From assembly GCA_040755455.1 (NCBI GenBank), contig JBFMAY010000015.1, forward strand, positions 1 to 64,000: a stretch of DNA of 64,000 nt, read 5' to 3'. Both the position numbers and the translations under genes were made by a program. Below, piece after piece: positions 1-9,210 of the stretch. Positions within the stretch are counted from its first letter, which is position 1. Each line of letters begins with the position of its first letter. The DNA comes from Thermodesulfobacteriota bacterium. GTDB taxonomy: Bacteria; Desulfobacterota; Desulfobulbia; Desulfobulbales; SURF-16. The notes beneath the pieces are model-generated. The model worked only from the letters and a program-made list of their open reading frames with translations, was not told the origin of the DNA and did not search any database.

Positions 1-562
1 GGAAAGAACCTCTATCCACCCCTTGTGCTTATCATCAGTACTTTCACCATCAATCCCTTCGATTTTCAAAAAATTATCAGCTGGCATAATTTTTTCTCCT
101 CCTTTTAGTTTTTTTCTGTCTCATGGCTTATCAGCTTATCATCTCAACAGCTCCTCAACTCAACAACTTATCCCTTGGCCGGCGGCGGCAAGATGGATAA
201 TACGAGATGATGATAAGAAATCGTTTTTCAGAATTCTGTCTGAAAGTGGTGGGAATAATGATTCATAACATCCACTAAGATCATTACGATGCATAATGGG
301 AACTTTTCAGAATGTCAATAGTATTTTTGTCGTTCTGTGCGAATGAAAAGGGGTTCCAGTATCAATTTTCAGCAAATTGGCACTGAAATAAGGCAAAAGG
401 AGTCTTGTATGGCGTGAAAGCTACTTCACATCAGAAATTGGCGGGCGGAGGTGGGGGAATAAACTGATGTGAACCGAAGATGACCTGGGAAATCGGGTCT
501 TATGCGCCGTGCCCATCATTCAGGTACGGTTTTCGACTGATCACTTAACCCTGCAACGCTAC

Positions 563-647
563 TTAGGAGCCGTTAAGAAATAACGTGTCTCTTTATAACT
601 ATTTCGTTAAGGCTTCTTATGCCCTTCTAGACATTCATATGGCCATG
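563..647. repeat. Left copy of an ~85-bp imperfect inverted repeat; contains a ~55-bp internally palindromic MITE-like core (TAGGAGCCGTTAAGAA...TTCGTTAAGGCTTCTTA)
   Basis: Reverse complement aligns by eye to 4089-4172 with about 13 mismatches and 1 gap over 85 nt. Confidence 0.8.
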
Positions 648-975
648 CGACCCGGCCTGGCCCTGGCGCATCTTAGCCAGGATCTGGTCCGTATAGGGGT
701 CGGTCTTGACGTCGAAGTTGAAGTAGAGGGTCACCCATCGCGCAGTTTCCCAACATCGTGCCCCCGGAAATCCAAGTGAAGACCACATACACCGGCGCGG
801 ATTCCCAGACCGTCGAGCAATCGGTGGCCACCCCCATCGAGCAGCAGATGTCCGGGGTGGACAACATGAACTACATGTACTCCATCAATGCCAACACTGG
901 CTGGGCTGGCCCACCATGGCCACCAGCCCGATGAAGCACATCAGGATGGCGTTCACCAGGCCGTCGGTGGTGCTC
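648..975 (-). pseudogene. N-terminal remnant of an AcrB/HAE1-type RND permease, with internal segment 734-895 inverted
   Basis: Minus ~975-900 reads ...AILMCFIGLVAMVGQP (TM1-like). Plus 734-895 reads PIAQFPNIVPPEIQVKTTYTGADSQTVEQSVATPIEQQMSGVDNMNYMYSINAN. Minus 731-648 reads TLYFNFDVKTDPYTDQILAKMRQGQAGS. These are three consecutive pieces of an AcrB-like N-terminus. Confidence 0.8.
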
Positions 976-986
976 TACCATTCGGA

Positions 987-1073
987 GTTGATGAGGAGCA
1001 TCGCCATGTCGCAGCGCACCCCATCGCACTGGCCGGCGATATCCGCCAGGGTCTCGATCACCGCCTGCCGGAT
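987..1073 (-). pseudogene. Fragment of a GH13 alpha-amylase-family glycosidase
   Basis: IRQAVIETLADIAGQCDGVRCDMAMLLIN carries the GH13 nucleophile-region motif DGxRxD; the flanks do not look coding. Confidence 0.65.
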
Positions 1074-1416
1074 TTTGATCAGGGAGAAAATCATAACTGG
1101 TAGTAACGGCATGAAATGTGCCAACAGAAGGGGTACGTTGAGCAAATGCTCAAATGGCTGGTATAAAAATATATTTTTTATTTGCCGTGGGAGAGGAAAA
1201 GGCAGCTGTACGCAAAAGGATGACATATCCCCCTTTGGGATGAAATGTCGTCCTTGATTGGTTAAGGGCGACCGGCAACCATGCTGGCAAGCTCAAAGTG
1301 GCGGGGAGAAATACCCGTTGACCCGTCTATTTGGCGGATGATATAACACAAGTTGTAAATGGAAAACCATCCGTGAAAGCTTCCTTTTCTCTTCCATGTT
1401 TCACAAGGAGAAGGGC

Positions 1417-1707
1417 ATGCGCAAAAGAAATGAAAAGGGTAGAAAATTTTCCATTGGTGAAGAGCGCGGGTTGATCCGGATCGGGACAACCGCTGCTTCA
1501 CTGCAGCAGGCTATCCTCGACAATCTCTATTACATCCAGGGACGCACTCCCGAACTTGCCGTATGCAACGACTGGTATATGGTCCGCGACCGGATGCTGG
1601 ACCGTTTTATCCATGCGCTCCCAGGCCTGTCGCGTCCCGGAATGAAGCTCGTCAGCCACCTCACTGTCCGGCGGGAACTGGATACGCTGGATCGATACCT
1701 CCCTTGA
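1417..1707 (+). pseudogene. glgP: 5' fragment of glycogen/starch phosphorylase
   Basis: AILDNLYYIQGRTPELAVCNDWYM-VRDRMLDRF...KLVSHL resembles the GlgP N-terminus, apparently with a short internal deletion; only ~95 codons of an ~800-aa enzyme. Confidence 0.7.
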
Positions 1708-1912
1708 ATCGCCGGGTGATATCTGCTCCTGGGATGAGGCGGAAGCTGTCCGGGGGCCATGTATGCGGTGCAGCCTCGTTTCGTGGCAGTGCTGGTGGGA
1801 CGGATGAAAAATGAGGTGGACATGTAACCTGTTTTTTCACAACGGCCCTGATGGGAGGGAGGTGGCCTGTTAGTTACATGATTGCGCGCCGGTGACTCAA
1901 GAGGGATAGACC

Positions 1913-2761
1913 ATGAAGACATTTGCCGTCTTACAGCTTGCCGGTTGCGCCGGTTGTGAAGTCTCGCTGCTCAACGCGGATGAGTGGGTGAGCGAATACC
2001 GTCTCGTCTACATGCCCCTGGTGATTTCAACCCACGATGTGCCGGAGGTGGACCTGCTGCTGGTGAGCGGCGGGGTGCGCAACGAGGAGGATCTGTATAG
2101 CCTGCGGCGTGCGGTTCAGCGGGCTGGGACGGTTGTGGCCATAGGCACCTGCGCCATATCCGGCGGGGTTGCCTCCCTGGGTGACCGGGATGATGTCCGG
2201 CAGCTTTTTCTCGCTGACCGGGAACGGCATCACGTCCCGCATCTTCTACCAAAGTGCCGGCCCATTGACGCTGTCGTACCGGTTGATCTCTACCTCCCCG
2301 GCTGCCCGCCCACCCCGGAGCTGTTCATGGCCCTGCTTACCGATCCGCCGGATTTCAAGCCGGGTGCGATCGTCTGTATCGAGTGCGGCAGGAAAAAGCG
2401 CAAGGACATGCGGCCAACCCGCTTCGCCGGATTTCAACGGGGCGAGGTGGATCCCGGTATCTGTCTAATCAACCAGGGTTTTCTCTGTATCGGTTCGTCA
2501 ACCCGGGGGGGATGCCGGGCGCCCTGTCCCCGGGCAGGCCATCCCTGCGTGGGCTGCCGCGGACCGTCCAATGCACTGATCGAGAAAGAGTCGGCAGCGT
2601 GGCTGTCGAGCATCCAGCGGGTGATCTCCAGCCTGACGGATATCCCGGCGGCGGAGGTGGACCTGGCGCTGCGTTCGCCCCATCTCTCGCTCTTTCTGTT
2701 TCAGTTTTCGGATTATTCCGGCCCGGGACGCAAACCGCGGCCGCACGAGAAGGTGATCTGA
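1913..2761 (+). CDS. [NiFe]-hydrogenase small subunit, group 3 (MvhG/HoxY-like)
   Basis: GCAGC, AIGTCA, LPGCPP proximal-cluster motifs; C-terminal CxEC...CL..QG..C.G..T.GGC...C......CxGCRG; no Tat signal. Confidence 0.9.
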   Translation: MKTFAVLQLAGCAGCEVSLLNADEWVSEYRLVYMPLVISTHDVPEVDLLLVSGGVRNEEDLYSLRRAVQRAGTVVAIGTCAISGGVASLGDRDDVRQLFLADRERHHVPHLLPKCRPIDAVVPVDLYLPGCPPTPELFMALLTDPPDFKPGAIVCIECGRKKRKDMRPTRFAGFQRGEVDPGICLINQGFLCIGSSTRGGCRAPCPRAGHPCVGCRGPSNALIEKESAAWLSSIQRVISSLTDIPAAEVDLALRSPHLSLFLFQFSDYSGPGRKPRPHEKVI

Positions 2762-2762
2762 T

Positions 2763-4070
2763 ATGCCAGCCCTGGTTTTTCCATTGAGCCGGATCGAAGG
2801 ACATGCCCGGGTGGTTATTCACATCGAGGGCGGGGAGGTGCGATCCGCCAGCTTTCAAGCCATGGAGTTCCGCGGCTTTAAACAGCTGGTGCGCGGAATT
2901 CCGGCCGAGCAGATGACGGTGATCGTACCCCGGATCTGCGGGGTCTGCTCCACAGCCCATCACATCGCGGCGGTCAAGGCCCTGGAGGACGCCTACGGGG
3001 TCGAGCCTCCGCCCCTGGCCCGCAGGCTGAGAGAACTCCTCCTGCTGGGCCAGCTCATCCAGAGTCACGCCACATCGCTCTTTGTCTTCACTATGCCCGA
3101 CCGGCTCGGGGTCAGCTCCATCCTTGATCCCGGTCAGGAGAAAGAGCTGGACGAACAGGCGCAAATCGCCAGGCGGGCGCTGGCGGTACGGCAGGCCGGC
3201 ACCCATCTCATCACCGTGGCGGGCGGCCAGTTCATTCACCCGGTGAAGGCTGTTGTGGGCGGCATGACTGACGGCATTGAACCTGATGCCGCGGCTGTCC
3301 TCTCGCAGGAACTTGCCGGCCAGCTTCCGCAAGCCTGCGAGCTTTTTGAGCTCTACACCAGGAAATCGCTTGCCCTGAGCGAACGGCTCGGCACCTGGGG
3401 GGACGATGCGCCTGCCTGGTATCTGGCGGCGGTGAACGATTCTCAACCCAACTTTGACGGTGATGCCCTCCGGCTCCTCGGACCGGACGGCACGGTCAGC
3501 ACGTTTCCGTCCCGGTCCCATCACGAATATCTTACCTATGAGCAGCCCGACTACAGCTACTCGGGCAGGACGAGCTGCCAGGGAGAAGCCCTCCGGGCCA
3601 ACAGTCTGGCGCGCATCAATCTGGCCCAGTCCATGGGAACACCCCTGGCCGACGAGTACCTGCATCGGTTCCGGAAGACCTTCGGCCAACCGGCCCACGC
3701 CATCCTTCTTTTCGATCTCGCCCGTGGTATCGAACTGGTCTACGCCATTGAACGGGCCAGGCAGATCCTGGCCATGCCCCTCAACGCGGAAGACGCGGAG
3801 ATCCCCTATACCCCAAGGGATGGACATGGGTACGGCCTCGTCGAGGCGCCTCGGGGTCCGCTGATTCACCATTATGTCATTGAGAACGGCCTGATCGCCG
3901 ACGCCGAATTCGTTATCCCGACCGTGCACAACATCAAATCCATCGAGCGGGCGCTGATGGTGGCGGCGCGCCGGTATGTCAGCGGCGACAAAATCGATAT
4001 GGAGCTGGAACGGGCGGTGGGAAGGGTGGTGCGCGCCTTCGATCCCTGCATTGCCTGCGCCACCCACTAA
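2763..4070 (+). CDS. [NiFe]-hydrogenase large subunit, group 3 (MvhA-like)
   Basis: SRIEGH, L1 motif RICGVCSTAH, EAPRG.L.HHY, L2 motif FDPCIACATH followed directly by a stop. Confidence 0.92.
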   Translation: MPALVFPLSRIEGHARVVIHIEGGEVRSASFQAMEFRGFKQLVRGIPAEQMTVIVPRICGVCSTAHHIAAVKALEDAYGVEPPPLARRLRELLLLGQLIQSHATSLFVFTMPDRLGVSSILDPGQEKELDEQAQIARRALAVRQAGTHLITVAGGQFIHPVKAVVGGMTDGIEPDAAAVLSQELAGQLPQACELFELYTRKSLALSERLGTWGDDAPAWYLAAVNDSQPNFDGDALRLLGPDGTVSTFPSRSHHEYLTYEQPDYSYSGRTSCQGEALRANSLARINLAQSMGTPLADEYLHRFRKTFGQPAHAILLFDLARGIELVYAIERARQILAMPLNAEDAEIPYTPRDGHGYGLVEAPRGPLIHHYVIENGLIADAEFVIPTVHNIKSIERALMVAARRYVSGDKIDMELERAVGRVVRAFDPCIACATH

Positions 4071-4088
4071 GCCGTTGTAAAGAAACAA

Positions 4089-4172
4089 CATGGCCATATA
4101 AATGCCCGGAACGGCATAAGGAGCCGTAACGAATAGTTATAAAAAGACAAGTTGTTTCGTAGCGTCTCCTAA
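4089..4172. repeat. Right copy of the ~85-bp imperfect inverted repeat (partner of 563-647)
   Basis: CATGGCCATATAAATGCCCGGAACGGCATAAGGAGCCGTAACGAATAGTTATAAAAAGACAAGTTGTTTCGTAGCGTCTCCTAA matches the reverse complement of 563-647. Confidence 0.8.
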
Positions 4173-4327
4173 ATGATGCGCGGGCCGAGTCCGCGTCTTG
4201 ATGTCATTCTTATTTGAACGGAGGAACCCATGCCGGTATCCGATTATCAGACCTATTGCCAGATGCTCGGCAGCATCAGCGTGCAATTTAATTTCTGTCC
4301 TATTTTGGACAGCAGAGAGACAACATC

Positions 4328-4783
4328 ATGAAAATCTTGACTACACCGCGAATGGAGCGCTGCATCGGGTGCCATGCCTGCTCGATGGCCTGTGCCCGGC
4401 TTGTCCATAAACGCCTGTCCTGGGACACGGCCGGAATCCGCATCAGGTCCTCGGGCGGTCTGTCGACCGGGTTCGAAGCGCGAACCTGCTTGGCCTGCGA
4501 TCCGGCCCCCTGCGCAGTGGTCTGTCCGACGGCGGCCTATTCCCAGAGGAAAGGGGGCGGCGTTATTGTGAAGAAGAAACTGTGCATCCGCTGCGGTGAA
4601 TGCGCCAAGGCCTGTCCGGTGGGGGCAATCTACCTCGCCCCATCCGGCGAGCCCTTTGTCTGTATCCACTGCGGCAGGTGCGTTCCCTACTGCCCCCACG
4701 ACTGCCTGGAACTCAGCGCGTTTTCCAGGGGAAAAGCGGATACGGGTAACGAAACGGCGACCGCCGGGGAGGTGGAGGAATGA
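4328..4783 (+). CDS. 4Fe-4S polyferredoxin (AOR-associated electron-transfer subunit)
   Basis: CIGCHACSMAC, CLACDPAPCAVVCP, CIRCGECAKACP, CIHCGRCVPYCP; ATGA overlap with the AOR gene. Confidence 0.9.
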   Translation: MKILTTPRMERCIGCHACSMACARLVHKRLSWDTAGIRIRSSGGLSTGFEARTCLACDPAPCAVVCPTAAYSQRKGGGVIVKKKLCIRCGECAKACPVGAIYLAPSGEPFVCIHCGRCVPYCPHDCLELSAFSRGKADTGNETATAGEVEE

Positions 4784-6534
4784 TCAGAAACCATTTCAGG
4801 GTGCTACTGGTCGATCTTTCGACCGGGCAGAAAACAATTACGGACATCGACGGCAGGAACAGGGTGGCGGGCGGCAGCGGCCTGGCGGCGCTGCTCTTCG
4901 AAAAATACGCTATTCTTGACAGGCCATGGAATGATCCCAGGCAACCGCTCATCTTCGCCATCGGTCCCCTGACAGGATATTTCCCGCTGATGAGCAAGAC
5001 CGTCTGCGCCTTCAAATCCCCCTACCACGACCAGTACGCCGAAAGCCATGGAGGAGGACGCTCCGCCCTGTCCCTGCGCTTTGCCGATTTTGACGCCCTG
5101 GTGATCAAGGGCAAGGCGAAACTGCCATCCGCCCTCATTGTCGGGTCCCGGCAGATAGAGGTGAAAGACATTCATTACCTCTGGGGCACCGACCTGCAAG
5201 TCGCGGGCAAGATCTTGCGGCGCATGTTCCCGGGTTCCGGGCACCGGACCATCCTCAGGATCGGCCCCGCAGGGGAACGGCAATCGCCCATGGCCTGCAT
5301 CACCGCCGACACCTATCGCCATTTCGGCAGACTCGGCGGCGGCGCGGTTATGGGGGCAAAGAACCTGAAGGCGATCATGATCCATGGCGACGATTCGTTC
5401 CCGCTTCCCGAGGGCAAAGAGTATGCGAAGGTCTTTGAAAAGGTGTATGCGGACATGACCGGCACCGACATGATGAGCAAGTACCATAACCTCGGCACCC
5501 CCGTCAATGTTGCCGGGTTGAACAAGCTCGGTGCCCTGCCGATCAGAAATTTGCAGGCCACAACGGACCCAACGATCGGGGGCATCACCGGCGAAAGGTT
5601 TGCCGAAGTCGCACTCCTCCGCAACGCCGCCTGCGCGGGATGTCCGGTGGGCTGCATCCATATCGGCTTTGTGCGGGAACGCTTTCATAAAGAGAACCGT
5701 TACCTCTATCGGCAGATCTCCTACGATTTTGAGCTGATTTTCGCCGTCGGTTCCATGCTCGGCGTCATGGACTGCTTCGAGGTTCTGAAGCTCATCGATG
5801 TGGCCGAGAAGATGGGGCTTGACGTGATGTCGCCCGGCGTTGCCCTGGCATGGGCAACCGAGGCCCTGACCAAGGGAATTATCACCGAGAAGGAAACAAT
5901 CGTTCCCCTGGCCTTCGGTAATTCGGCCGCCTACCAGGATGCATTGCAGCACCTTGCCCTGGGGACCAACGAGTTTTACCAACTCCTTTCCCAGGGCACC
6001 ATGAAGGCCGCGGAGCGGTACGGGGGAAGCGATTTCGCCTGCGTCCTGGGGCAGGAAATGGCGGGCTATGCCACCGGCAAGGCCTTCTTTGTTTCCCAGG
6101 CCCTGGGGCTGCGTCACTCCCATCTTGATGCGGGGGGTTATGCCTATGACCAGAAGCCCACGGGAGAAACCGTCGATGATGCCGTGAAATTCCTGGTTGA
6201 GGACGAAAAGGGAAGGGTCTTTCTCACCTCCATGGTATCGTGCCTGTTTGCCCGGGGTGTCTACAAGGATGAAGTGCTTGCTGATTGTCTCAAAAGCGTG
6301 GGCTACGGGGCGCTGGCCGACAACATGGACGCCGTGGCGGGGGAGATCCAGCGGTTGCGGTGGCGGATGCGCGTGGGATCGGGGTTCCGTCCGGAGAATG
6401 TGTCGATTCCAAAACGGTTTACCGAGATAACGACCCGGATGGGCGCCGTTGACCGCCAGGCCCTTGAGACTCTCAAGACAGCATACGCGAAGAGCATTCT
6501 TGGCCTGGCGGGAGAGCCCGGCGGGGAAGAATGA
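4780..6534 (+). CDS. aor: Aldehyde:ferredoxin oxidoreductase (tungsten/molybdopterin AOR family)
   Basis: GPLTG, KSP, ESHGGG, IGPAGE, GRLGGGAVMGAKNLKAI, CAGCPVGC, GLDVMS motifs. Confidence 0.9.
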   Translation: MIRNHFRVLLVDLSTGQKTITDIDGRNRVAGGSGLAALLFEKYAILDRPWNDPRQPLIFAIGPLTGYFPLMSKTVCAFKSPYHDQYAESHGGGRSALSLRFADFDALVIKGKAKLPSALIVGSRQIEVKDIHYLWGTDLQVAGKILRRMFPGSGHRTILRIGPAGERQSPMACITADTYRHFGRLGGGAVMGAKNLKAIMIHGDDSFPLPEGKEYAKVFEKVYADMTGTDMMSKYHNLGTPVNVAGLNKLGALPIRNLQATTDPTIGGITGERFAEVALLRNAACAGCPVGCIHIGFVRERFHKENRYLYRQISYDFELIFAVGSMLGVMDCFEVLKLIDVAEKMGLDVMSPGVALAWATEALTKGIITEKETIVPLAFGNSAAYQDALQHLALGTNEFYQLLSQGTMKAAERYGGSDFACVLGQEMAGYATGKAFFVSQALGLRHSHLDAGGYAYDQKPTGETVDDAVKFLVEDEKGRVFLTSMVSCLFARGVYKDEVLADCLKSVGYGALADNMDAVAGEIQRLRWRMRVGSGFRPENVSIPKRFTEITTRMGAVDRQALETLKTAYAKSILGLAGEPGGEE

Positions 6535-6553
6535 CACGGATCGTGGCGAGGGC

Positions 6554-6666
6554 CAATGCCGTTCACTTAAGCTGTTGCAGGCCCATGGAATGACGTTGGA
6601 ATCGACATTCAAATGCCGTTACCCCCGCGAAAGCGGGGGACCAGCTCTGTTAAGTGAACGGTATTG
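6554..6666. mobile_element. MITE-like element (~113 bp) with 17-bp terminal inverted repeats and an internal REP-like palindrome
   Basis: CAATGCCGTTCACTTAA (6554-6570) versus TTAAGTGAACGGTATTG (6650-6666), 1 mismatch; internal CCCCCGCGAAAGCGGGGG hairpin. Confidence 0.65.
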
Positions 6667-6727
6667 AGCTTAAGTCACGAAAATTCTGACCGCCATCCCG
6701 CGCATAAGGTGATAGGTGAGGCGGCGA

Positions 6728-7828
6728 TCAATTTGCGTTCACGACGCAGTCATGTATTTTTTCTTTCACCCCCTGCAGGGCTGCCCCGATGAGCCCTACT
6801 TTGGGATTCAGAATAACGCGCACCGGGATCTTCTCCAGCACCGGACGCATGCGGCCTTTGTTGTAAAAGGCCTTCAGAAAGGTCCCCTGCTGGAGCATCG
6901 GCAGAATCTTTGGCGCTATTCCCCCGGCCAGGTAAAGTCCGCCAAAGGGAAGAATCTTTAAGGCAAGATTTCCCGCCTCGGCCCCATAAGCCCTAATAAA
7001 GAGGTTCATTGCCTGCTCGCATAGAAAATCACCGCCCGCCAGCGCAGCCTTGGAAACCTCGGCGGCCAGATCGACGGTCTTGTCTTGCTTGCCGATTTCC
7101 CGCGACCAGATTTGATACATTTGAGCCAGCGCAACAGACTCTTCATTCGGGTTGGCATCCCTGAAAAACTGGTAGATCGACGCAATGCCGGTTCCCGATA
7201 CCACCCTTTCAACAGAAACCCGAGGCAGATTATTTTTCTCCCGCAGATAGTTCAGCAACTGAAATTCAAGGTCGGACTGGGGGGCGAAATCGGTGTGTCC
7301 CCCTTCGCTTGAAAAGGCTTGATAGGTCCCATCAGGACCCGGTATGAGAAAGCCTTCGCCCAACCCCGTCCCCGCACCGATGACAGCTATCGGCGCCGTG
7401 GGATCAGGGGGCGCGGCCTGCAAGGTTGCCGATTCCCCTTCCTGCAAACCAAAGATCCCATAACCAACAGCGGCAAAGTCATTGATGAGGGTAACCCGGG
7501 GAATGGCAAGAGCTTTCTCCAGGCGTTCTCCTGACAGTGACCAACTCAAGTTCGTCAGTTCCGACGCGTTAGCGGAAACAGCGCCGGCAATGCCAAAGCA
7601 GGCATGGTCCACGGCTGAAACGCGTCCGGAGGATTCGCCCGCCTCCTTCATGAACTGGTGCACCATCGGGACAAGTCCGGAAAAGCTGTTGCTCGCATAC
7701 GTCTTTTCCCACAGGGTGGTCAGCAAAGGGACTGAGTGGCCGGCGCCGCCCGCCTCCGTATCCGCACTGACCAGTCGCAAGATCGTCTTTGTGCCACCAA
7801 TATCTCCGGCCAGCACTGTCAGTCTCAT
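6728..7828 (-). CDS. glk: Glucokinase
   Basis: LAGDIGGTKT, LINDFAAVGYG, GAGTGLG, SEGGHTDFAP, VSVERVVSG.G, GGLYLAGGIAPKI. Confidence 0.93.
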   Translation of the reverse strand: MRLTVLAGDIGGTKTILRLVSADTEAGGAGHSVPLLTTLWEKTYASNSFSGLVPMVHQFMKEAGESSGRVSAVDHACFGIAGAVSANASELTNLSWSLSGERLEKALAIPRVTLINDFAAVGYGIFGLQEGESATLQAAPPDPTAPIAVIGAGTGLGEGFLIPGPDGTYQAFSSEGGHTDFAPQSDLEFQLLNYLREKNNLPRVSVERVVSGTGIASIYQFFRDANPNEESVALAQMYQIWSREIGKQDKTVDLAAEVSKAALAGGDFLCEQAMNLFIRAYGAEAGNLALKILPFGGLYLAGGIAPKILPMLQQGTFLKAFYNKGRMRPVLEKIPVRVILNPKVGLIGAALQGVKEKIHDCVVNAN

Positions 7829-8052
7829 GTCTTCACTCCTGTCATGCAGGTCTCCTTTTCCAAGCGAGGGATCACCGTCTCGGACTGCTTCGTATCATCG
7901 GCATTGAGCCTTGATATCCACCCCGGCAGGAGCATGGCCCCGGGCGCATGGCCCTCCGCATACTCATCGGAGAACCTCATGTCCATAATAACCCACCGGG
8001 TTTCTCTAACCTCTTCTATCGCAACCCTGGAAGAAATGTCAAGCGGGTTCAA
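7825..8052 (-). pseudogene. Truncated rhodanese-like domain remnant
   Basis: IMDMRFSDEYAEGHAPGAMLLP matches the rhodanese N-terminal D.R...EY..GH.PGA motif; no catalytic Cys loop follows. Confidence 0.45.
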
Positions 8053-8198
8053 GGCCCACCTCAGGGAATAAGGAGCCCATAGAGCATTATTTCTCTTGCG
8101 GGGCAGGATAAGTGCTTAAGTTAATCGGCTGGCTCCAGTTTAATGTTATTAGTATGGCAATTTCAAAAAAACAAGCTGATGTTTTACGAAAAATAACC

Positions 8199-8515
8199 GT
8201 TGCCGAACAGCTGGCCGGCCGGCTTGGCACCGGACAGGTGGCCATCTTCCCCTGGGACCAGCATCTTGAGCCGACCTATCGGGTGCTGCTCGATGTACTG
8301 GCCATGGGCGGGGAACCCGGGGGGAAGCAAAGCTCGAGGTGCGCTGGTCCCTGGTGGATCCGCAGGGCAAGATGGCGCCAGTCATCCGGCGCAGCGATTT
8401 GAGTGAACATCCGGCGGATGCCGGCTTCGGCGCCTGGCTGAACGCCCAGCGGCGCAACATCAGCCGGCTAAGCGAGGAGATTTCCGGCGCAATCAGGGAA
8501 GCGGTCGGACCCTGA
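8199..8515 (+). pseudogene. pqiC: 5'-truncated, frameshifted PqiC-family (ABC transport auxiliary lipoprotein) remnant
   Basis: VAEQLAGRLGTGQVAIFPW...YRVLLDVLAMGGEPGG, then a frameshift at the G run near 8319-8324 to AKLEVRWSLVD...RRSDLSE...AQRRNISRLSEEISGAI*. Confidence 0.6.
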
Positions 8516-8710
8516 GTTTTTTGCTTGCCGGTCATGAAACACATGACATGCACTCATCTCGCCGCGAATTCTCTCTTTTTTCAGATGGTTAAGAAAAATT
8601 GGGCAAATAACCCAATTTCTCCTGGACCAGGGCAGCAAAAACAATGTCGTAATTGTTGCCTCTAAGTTATCTGTACGTAATCAATAAGTAAATTGACATA
8701 TTTTATCTGG

Positions 8711-8726
8711 TGGTTCGGGAATTGCA
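8711..8726 (+). promoter_or_regulatory. Putative sigma-54 promoter, with an upstream palindrome TTGGGCAAATAACCCAA (8599-8615)
   Basis: TGGTTCGGGAATTGCA has exact GG-N10-GC spacing. Confidence 0.55.
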
Positions 8727-9006
8727 ATAAGAAATAGCAACCGAGCAGCCGGGTTTGCCTGATATGTGAAAAGTTACGGCTATCTGCCCGATTTATTATA
8801 TATTTTTATCTTTATTAGCATAGATTGGCGAGGAGTGACTGTCAGGGAAATTACCAAAGTAACTGCCATAAGTTAATGCATAATTCTCTCTCCATTTGGT
8901 TTCGTTTTGTAAAGGGGGGTTGTCCGGAGCTGTCTTGATGAATTTCCTCAAGGGATCAGCGAGCCGGACTGACAACAAAAACCTGAACAGCGAAGGAGGA
9001 ATCGAT

Positions 9007-9210
9007 ATGCCGGTGTGGAAATTTACGATTCAGGAAGATATGGTGAGATATGGCAATAAGCAAAGGAAAAAGCTCACCCGCAAAGGGTGCAATGAGCCTT
9101 ACAAGGGGCGCTACTGGTGCCCAAAGGCCATGTGGTTCAGAAAGGAAATTTGTCCCTTTGTCAACCGCAAGGAATGTGAAAATTTTGTAATGATGTGCGG
9201 TTGTCTGTAA
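9007..9210 (+). CDS. Small basic Cys-rich hypothetical protein (67 aa)
   Basis: Strong RBS GAAGGAGGA upstream of ATG 9007; 6 Cys (GC...WCP...ICPF...EC...CGC). Confidence 0.7.
   Translation: MPVWKFTIQEDMVRYGNKQRKKLTRKGCNEPYKGRYWCPKAMWFRKEICPFVNRKECENFVMMCGCL

Noticed and set aside
4041..4070. [NiFeSe] hydrogenase
   Set aside because: The L2 motif has TGC (Cys) at both positions, not TGA
4359..4376. CIGCH as a heme c site in the ferredoxin
   Set aside because: Part of a CxxCxxCxxxC Fe-S motif in a protein with no signal peptide
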